From an uncultured Planctomycetales bacterium (GTDB lineage: Bacteria > Omnitrophota > Gorgyraeia > Zapsychrales > JANLHA01), in contig CAYYRJ010000002.1 of the NCBI GenBank assembly GCA_964474085.1, positions 70,110-134,109 on the forward strand: 64,000 bases of DNA, in the 5' to 3' direction. The notes under the pieces were generated by a model, which was not told the origin of the DNA, did no database searches, and was given only the letters and a program-made list of their open reading frames with translations. The position numbers and the translations under genes were made by a program. Each line of letters opens with the position of its first letter. The stretch's first letter is position 1. Shown one piece after another: positions 59,669 to 64,000 of this stretch.

Positions 59669-60783
59669 ATCTTGGAAACAACGGTCTTTCCCCACGCAAT
59701 GCCTAGTTGTTCAACAAATTTATAAAAAAACCACGAAATTAAATATGTCGGAACGATTGTTATACAAAATAATATCAAGAATCTCGATGCTCCATGTGCC
59801 TGTAAATAAGACTCGTTACGGATGAGCCATGCGGCCAAAGGGAGGACGACCAAAAGGTGCAATAGATACACCGAATAAGAGACATTCGCCATAAACGTCG
59901 CAATCCTACTGCCGAGAATAGCTTTTAAAAAATTCAAGGGACGAGAAAGACCCACTCGATAATTTTGCTCATCATAAAATAGAATTCCAAACATCACGCA
60001 GGCGACCAGCAAAATTATCTTTTCTTGTAAAAAACCTGAGATGACTATTGCGAATAATGCCAAAATCTTTGCTTTAGAATGCTGTTTAGAAATGTAATCA
60101 GCGTGGGCTGTGGCTAGCAAAATTCCAATAAAAAATAAATGAACCTTTAAAGGTAAAAAAGAAGGCATCGGGAATGCATATTTTAAAAAGAACTTGCTCA
60201 CAACGAAGCACAACAATGATATCAAGATTGTTGGTAAAATGTATGCATGCTTTCTTAAAAATAACATCAAAAATGGAAAAATAAAATAAAATTGCATTTC
60301 AAGACCAATACTCCAGTCAGGGAGCGGGGTCGTAAAAGCGAAATTTGGTAAAAATCCAAAAATAAATGTTACGTGCGTAAATATGTTCGCGAAACTGTGA
60401 TCTATATAACGATCCACGGGCGTATGGGACCCTGGGAATACTCCAGCAATCGATTGACGACATTCTCCCAGGAAGCTACCAAACAACAAAGCAATCGTAA
60501 AAAGAACGTAATATAACGGCGCAATACGAAAAAACCGACGAATATAAAACTTAAACCAGGTCCGAGAATGCGCCCACGGCTCTGTAGCCTCACGTTTAAA
60601 ATAATGAAAAACCATCAGAAACCCTGACATAACCATAAAGATGTCGACGGCAACTTTTCCTTTTGACAAAATGGGTAACGAATACCCAGACAAAATAAGA
60701 CAATGACTTGCCAACACCCATAAAGCTGCAAATCCACGAAAACCATCTAAAAAAAGTAAGTGATTTTTATCGCCCATATTCAT
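59665..60783 (-). CDS. acyltransferase family 3 (OafA-like membrane O-acyltransferase)
   Basis: ...HLLFLDGFRGFAALWVLASHC..., a polytopic membrane protein. Confidence 0.75.
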   Translation of the reverse strand: MNMGDKNHLLFLDGFRGFAALWVLASHCLILSGYSLPILSKGKVAVDIFMVMSGFLMVFHYFKREATEPWAHSRTWFKFYIRRFFRIAPLYYVLFTIALLFGSFLGECRQSIAGVFPGSHTPVDRYIDHSFANIFTHVTFIFGFLPNFAFTTPLPDWSIGLEMQFYFIFPFLMLFLRKHAYILPTILISLLCFVVSKFFLKYAFPMPSFLPLKVHLFFIGILLATAHADYISKQHSKAKILALFAIVISGFLQEKIILLVACVMFGILFYDEQNYRVGLSRPLNFLKAILGSRIATFMANVSYSVYLLHLLVVLPLAAWLIRNESYLQAHGASRFLILFCITIVPTYLISWFFYKFVEQLGIAWGKTVVSKI

Positions 60784-60790
60784 TAAATTA

Positions 60791-61315
60791 TTATTTTCGA
60801 AGGCGCATGACTCTCGCCGGATTGCCACCGACGATAGCATATTCTGGAACATCTTTTGTTACGACAGCACCTGCGGCTAAAATAGCCCCTTTCCCAACGC
60901 TAACTCCAGGCAAGATTATAACGCGGGCCCCAATCCAAACATCATCACTGATACTAACAGGTTTTTCATTTTGAAATCCCTGCTGGCACATCGGGATATC
61001 GATACGATCAAAACGATGATTTTTAGTAATAATAATCACCTCTTCCCCCATCATAACCGATTTGCCAATAGTAATTTTTCCTAGCAAACGTGAGCGCTCC
61101 CCGATGGATGAATCATCCCCAATACTAATACTCCGGCCAGAATGAAAAAACGCACACGGTTCGACTCGAACATTATTACCGCAGTAACCAAATAAGGGCT
61201 TGCAAATGATTGAACGGACTTTCCCAAAGACAGCACACCCGCGCAAATACGACGATGGAAAATATTGGGCCAAGCCGTAGTATAAAAATAAGCAAATGAG
61301 ACGGATAAGTAGCAT
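60791..61315 (-). CDS. hexapeptide-repeat (LbH) sugar O-acetyltransferase, WcaF/MAT-like
   Basis: ...[49 protein letters not shown]. Confidence 0.8.
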   Translation of the reverse strand: MLLIRLICLFLYYGLAQYFPSSYLRGCAVFGKVRSIICKPLFGYCGNNVRVEPCAFFHSGRSISIGDDSSIGERSRLLGKITIGKSVMMGEEVIIITKNHRFDRIDIPMCQQGFQNEKPVSISDDVWIGARVIILPGVSVGKGAILAAGAVVTKDVPEYAIVGGNPARVMRLRK

Positions 61316-61336
61316 ATGATTTTTTAACTCCCCCTC

Positions 61337-61380
61337 GCCCCCTCTTTATGGTTATAAATAACCACAAGAAAAAGAGGGGG
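61337..61380. terminator. strong GC hairpin (ccccctcttt ... aaagaggggg with palindromic loop) between MmpB and the acetyltransferase
   Basis: 10-bp perfect stem read directly. No clean U-tract on the minus strand, so its role is uncertain. Confidence 0.35.
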
Positions 61381-61404
61381 AAATACACACTTTTTATTTT
61401 AATT

Positions 61405-62001
61405 TTAGGGCCTTGAATGGCGTACAAATTCCAATAACTTTAAATAGTCCCCTTTGTCAGCCTCTCTAAGTGCAGTCAGATAAAGATTTCTAACGTGATT
61501 TTTGTCCACGATGCTCTCAATATCCCAACTTAATGGTTCTTTTTTTAATAAATCTTGCAAAATGATATCTGTCATCAATCGCGCATGCCGGCCATTACCG
61601 TTGGCAAATAAATGGATCGAAACCAATCGATGATGAAAACGCACCGCGATCTCATCCGCAGAGTAGGTATTGTTTTCGATCCAATACTGAGTATCTTTTA
61701 ATAATGTATGCAATTGGACTGAGATTTGCAGTGAATCGGCGCCGATATTTTTATTAGAGCGCCTTAACGATCCGGCCCAACGCCACACGTTACCAAACAT
61801 TCTTTGATGCAAGTCTTTAATAAATTTTTCAGTTAAAATATCTTTTTTTCGACTGGTGCTAAACCATTGGATCGCTTGACTGATATTGTCTTGCTCAAAA
61901 CGATTGAGTTCTGCTCGAGTGCTGATGTGTTTAAGTTTAAGGCCTTCCATTTCATCTGGATCCAATGGGGTTGCGCCTTCTGGATCTTTAAAATCTTTCA
62001 T
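61405..62001 (-). CDS. Fic-family protein of the 'mobile mystery protein B' type
   Basis: Fic motif HLFANGNGRHARL, about 200 aa. Immediately downstream of an XRE-HTH partner. Confidence 0.7.
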   Translation of the reverse strand: MKDFKDPEGATPLDPDEMEGLKLKHISTRAELNRFEQDNISQAIQWFSTSRKKDILTEKFIKDLHQRMFGNVWRWAGSLRRSNKNIGADSLQISVQLHTLLKDTQYWIENNTYSADEIAVRFHHRLVSIHLFANGNGRHARLMTDIILQDLLKKEPLSWDIESIVDKNHVRNLYLTALREADKGDYLKLLEFVRHSRP

Positions 62002-62005
62002 GGCT

Positions 62006-62473
62006 TTAATCCCAGAGCTCTTTGGGCTGTTCAATTAATATCCTTTGTGTCATATCGTCGAGCGCTTTTTTTTGCTCATTTTCTGAAAGTCGTTGTTGTT
62101 CCAAATTCATCGTATTATTAAGCCGCTTAAGCCGCTTTAAGGCAAGCTGTCTAGCCTGCTTTGTGACGATCTCTTCTAATGTGTCACCATCAATGGGGAC
62201 AAAACCATAAACAAAATGCATGTTCAAACTTTTGGCGATCTTTTGCAAAGACGATAGTTTTAAGTTTCCATCTTTTTCGGCGTTTTCTAATCGCGAAATT
62301 CTTGACTGATCAATTCCAACTTTTTTTCCTAGTTGACTCGCAGATAATCCTAAAGCTTCGCGGATTATTTTGATCCACCCTTGCTCTGGAATCCCAGAAG
62401 ATAATAGGCCTTTTAAAAATACTAACTTTTTATCTAGTTGATCGCGAATGACTTTCTTATCCCAATGATTCAA
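62006..62473 (-). CDS. HTH (XRE-type) protein of the 'mobile mystery protein A' type
   Basis: ...LGLSASQLGKKVGIDQSRISRLENAEKDGNLKLSSLQKIAKSL... Confidence 0.65.
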   Translation of the reverse strand: MNHWDKKVIRDQLDKKLVFLKGLLSSGIPEQGWIKIIREALGLSASQLGKKVGIDQSRISRLENAEKDGNLKLSSLQKIAKSLNMHFVYGFVPIDGDTLEEIVTKQARQLALKRLKRLNNTMNLEQQRLSENEQKKALDDMTQRILIEQPKELWD

Positions 62474-62609
62474 TTTTATGCTCCTTATAGCATTAACATT
62501 GACTTACAATATGCTAAATATATCATTTATGGTTAGTTTGTCAATAGTAATTTATAAGATACCACCTCGCGTAAAAAGAGAGGAAAAACAAAAGACGTGT
62601 CCATCACCT

Positions 62610-63641
62610 TTAGTTATACTCCATCAAAACCGCAAGGCCCTCATCAAGCAGGCGTTGGTTGAGATATTCACCTCTCTGGGCGACGATTGCGGCATCCACG
62701 TCTTTGGATCCGGTAAAAACATCCGCCAAATAACGACCATATTTTTCTTGTTTATATGTCTTAATAACAACCGTCGGATTGGTGTCGACGATCTGTTGCA
62801 CAAAATTCTTGGCTTTGCGACCCAAGGCGCAAGTGATCTCCGGGGCGTCGATGCCGCGCAAACGCATCACATGGGTGATATATGTCCTAAAGCCCATATT
62901 GACGATCGCCTCTAATGTATCACCGTCGATGACGCGAGTGACTTTGGCTTTATAAGTATAGAGCCGGTCTGTTTCGTAGGGAGAAATCTTAGCGGTGTAG
63001 TCCTCGCCCTCTTTGACGGCCCTAACCATGCGGCCTGCTCTCAAACTCTCTGTGTCGGGTAAACGCACGTCACGGTCAATGCCAAATCCAAGATCCAACA
63101 GTAATCGCTTTTTTTCGAGCTGTTCGGGCGTAGCCTGCTTGACCCGATAATGATAAAGTTGGCCCCGGACCATATGCAGGATACCGTTTTGTGCGATAGG
63201 TTGGACCGGTGTCAGTGTGCCGCGGGCTTCACGCGCGATAATACGAAAATCTTTGTTGCTGATGCTTTCTTTGACGGCTTTCTGCTCAAGTTGACGACGA
63301 GTCACAGAATCGTCTATCCGCAGGAGGTCTTGATAATGCGACCAGCTTAAACCCGTCTTGGGAAAGACCGGATAAAAACGGTAGAGTTTGATCGTGCTGT
63401 AAAAAAACGTTTGTGGTCGGCCAAACTGCCGTGCCAAATCCGCGACAATACGGGCATTGCGCGAGCTGATGCCCTGATCAAGGTCAACGGTCTCAACGAT
63501 CGCGCGGCCGATGTTCCATGCCGTTCGCAAGACTTCAGTTTTGAAGGCTTGCTGGGCGCGCTGCGTCCCCTGCTGGATCTGTCGGGCGACGGCAGTAAAA
63601 AGTTTTTTGGTTTCAGTTGCGTTTATGATATCCATGGTCAT
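62610..63641 (-). CDS. fusion protein: N-terminal DUF1016/YhcG-like region plus C-terminal staphylococcal-nuclease (SNase/thermonuclease) domain
   Basis: C-terminus ...VIDGDTLEAIV...MRLRGIDAPE...KYGRYLADV carries the SNase motifs. The N-terminal 200 aa are helical with no confident assignment. Confidence 0.55.
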   Translation of the reverse strand: MTMDIINATETKKLFTAVARQIQQGTQRAQQAFKTEVLRTAWNIGRAIVETVDLDQGISSRNARIVADLARQFGRPQTFFYSTIKLYRFYPVFPKTGLSWSHYQDLLRIDDSVTRRQLEQKAVKESISNKDFRIIAREARGTLTPVQPIAQNGILHMVRGQLYHYRVKQATPEQLEKKRLLLDLGFGIDRDVRLPDTESLRAGRMVRAVKEGEDYTAKISPYETDRLYTYKAKVTRVIDGDTLEAIVNMGFRTYITHVMRLRGIDAPEITCALGRKAKNFVQQIVDTNPTVVIKTYKQEKYGRYLADVFTGSKDVDAAIVAQRGEYLNQRLLDEGLAVLMEYN

Positions 63642-63663
63642 ATAAAAATTTTTGTTATTCTGT

Positions 63664-64000
63664 TTATTTACGCATTTTGATCACTCTTGCCGGATTGCCG
63701 CCGACGATTGCATATTCGCAAACGTCTTTTGTTACGACAGCACCTGCGGCGATGATTGCACCCTTTCCAACGGTAACACCCGGCAGGATGATTGCCCGCA
63801 CACCGATCCAAACATCATCACAAATTGTAACGGGTTGTTCGTCCTTAAAACCCTGTTCAAGCATCGGAATATCCAGCCGGTCAAATTTATGGTTCTGTGT
63901 CAAAATAACAACATCCGGCCCCATCATCACATTATTCCCGATAATAACTCTGCCGGACAAAAAAGCATTGATGCCTATCCCCGAATTGTCCCCGATAGTT
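63664..64000 (-). CDS. second hexapeptide-repeat sugar O-acetyltransferase (paralog of 60791-61315); N-terminus lies beyond the window end
   Basis: ...[49 protein letters not shown]. The ORF continues to the window edge. Confidence 0.75.
   Translation of the reverse strand, partial: TIGDNSGIGINAFLSGRVIIGNNVMMGPDVVILTQNHKFDRLDIPMLEQGFKDEQPVTICDDVWIGVRAIILPGVTVGKGAIIAAGAVVTKDVCEYAIVGGNPARVIKMRK

Noticed and set aside
61337-61380. Hairpin as a canonical rho-independent terminator for MmpB
   Set aside because: The stem is excellent, but the downstream sequence on the minus strand lacks a U-tract. It is kept only as a low-confidence structural feature.

Overview
This 64-kb window looks like an accessory-rich chromosomal segment from a Gram-negative (diderm) bacterium of uncertain taxonomy. 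It carries beta-barrel-like outer-membrane proteins, an LpoB-like lipoprotein and a PEP-CTERM/exosortase system. Coding density is high and GC content is moderate, with clearly more AT-rich islands. The left third (1-13.9 kb, almost all minus strand) is housekeeping: a partial gap gene, a metY-metX-metW direct-sulfhydrylation operon, hemL-hemB, a PaaK-like adenylate-forming enzyme, lipoproteins and a DnaQ-like exonuclease. At 14-16.6 kb an Rrf2 regulator with three Cys sits upstream of a divergent heme-copper-oxidase-like two-subunit enzyme, which is a candidate novel nitric-oxide reductase. At 18.8-20.9 kb there is a compact PEP-CTERM substrate, exosortase and EpsI module. The centre (21-43.5 kb) holds two giant Sec-secreted YD/RHS polymorphic toxins of about 2,200 and 2,400 aa. 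The first has a teneurin-like architecture (TTR-like domain, NHL propeller, YD shell, RHS core). Both are followed by AT-rich putative immunity genes. Downstream of the first toxin is an orphan RHS C-terminus/immunity array that is interrupted by a frameshifted IS200/IS605-family (Y1/HuH) transposase. Short conserved junction motifs recur at the cassette boundaries. A 219-aa cargo gene is bracketed by two near-identical hairpin-dense repeats of about 175-215 bp. The right third (43.6-64 kb, minus strand) is a polysaccharide (O-antigen/EPS) locus with GT26, GT2, several GT4 genes, Wzy, Wzx, a pyruvyl transferase and acyltransferases. Three defence/toxin-antitoxin islands are inserted into it: an AbiEi/AbiEii pair, a Fic gene next to a second, frameshifted AbiE pair flanked by 17-bp direct repeats, and a mobile-mystery-protein A/B pair next to a DUF1016-like/SNase-fusion nuclease. 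No rRNA, tRNA or CRISPR array was recognised.
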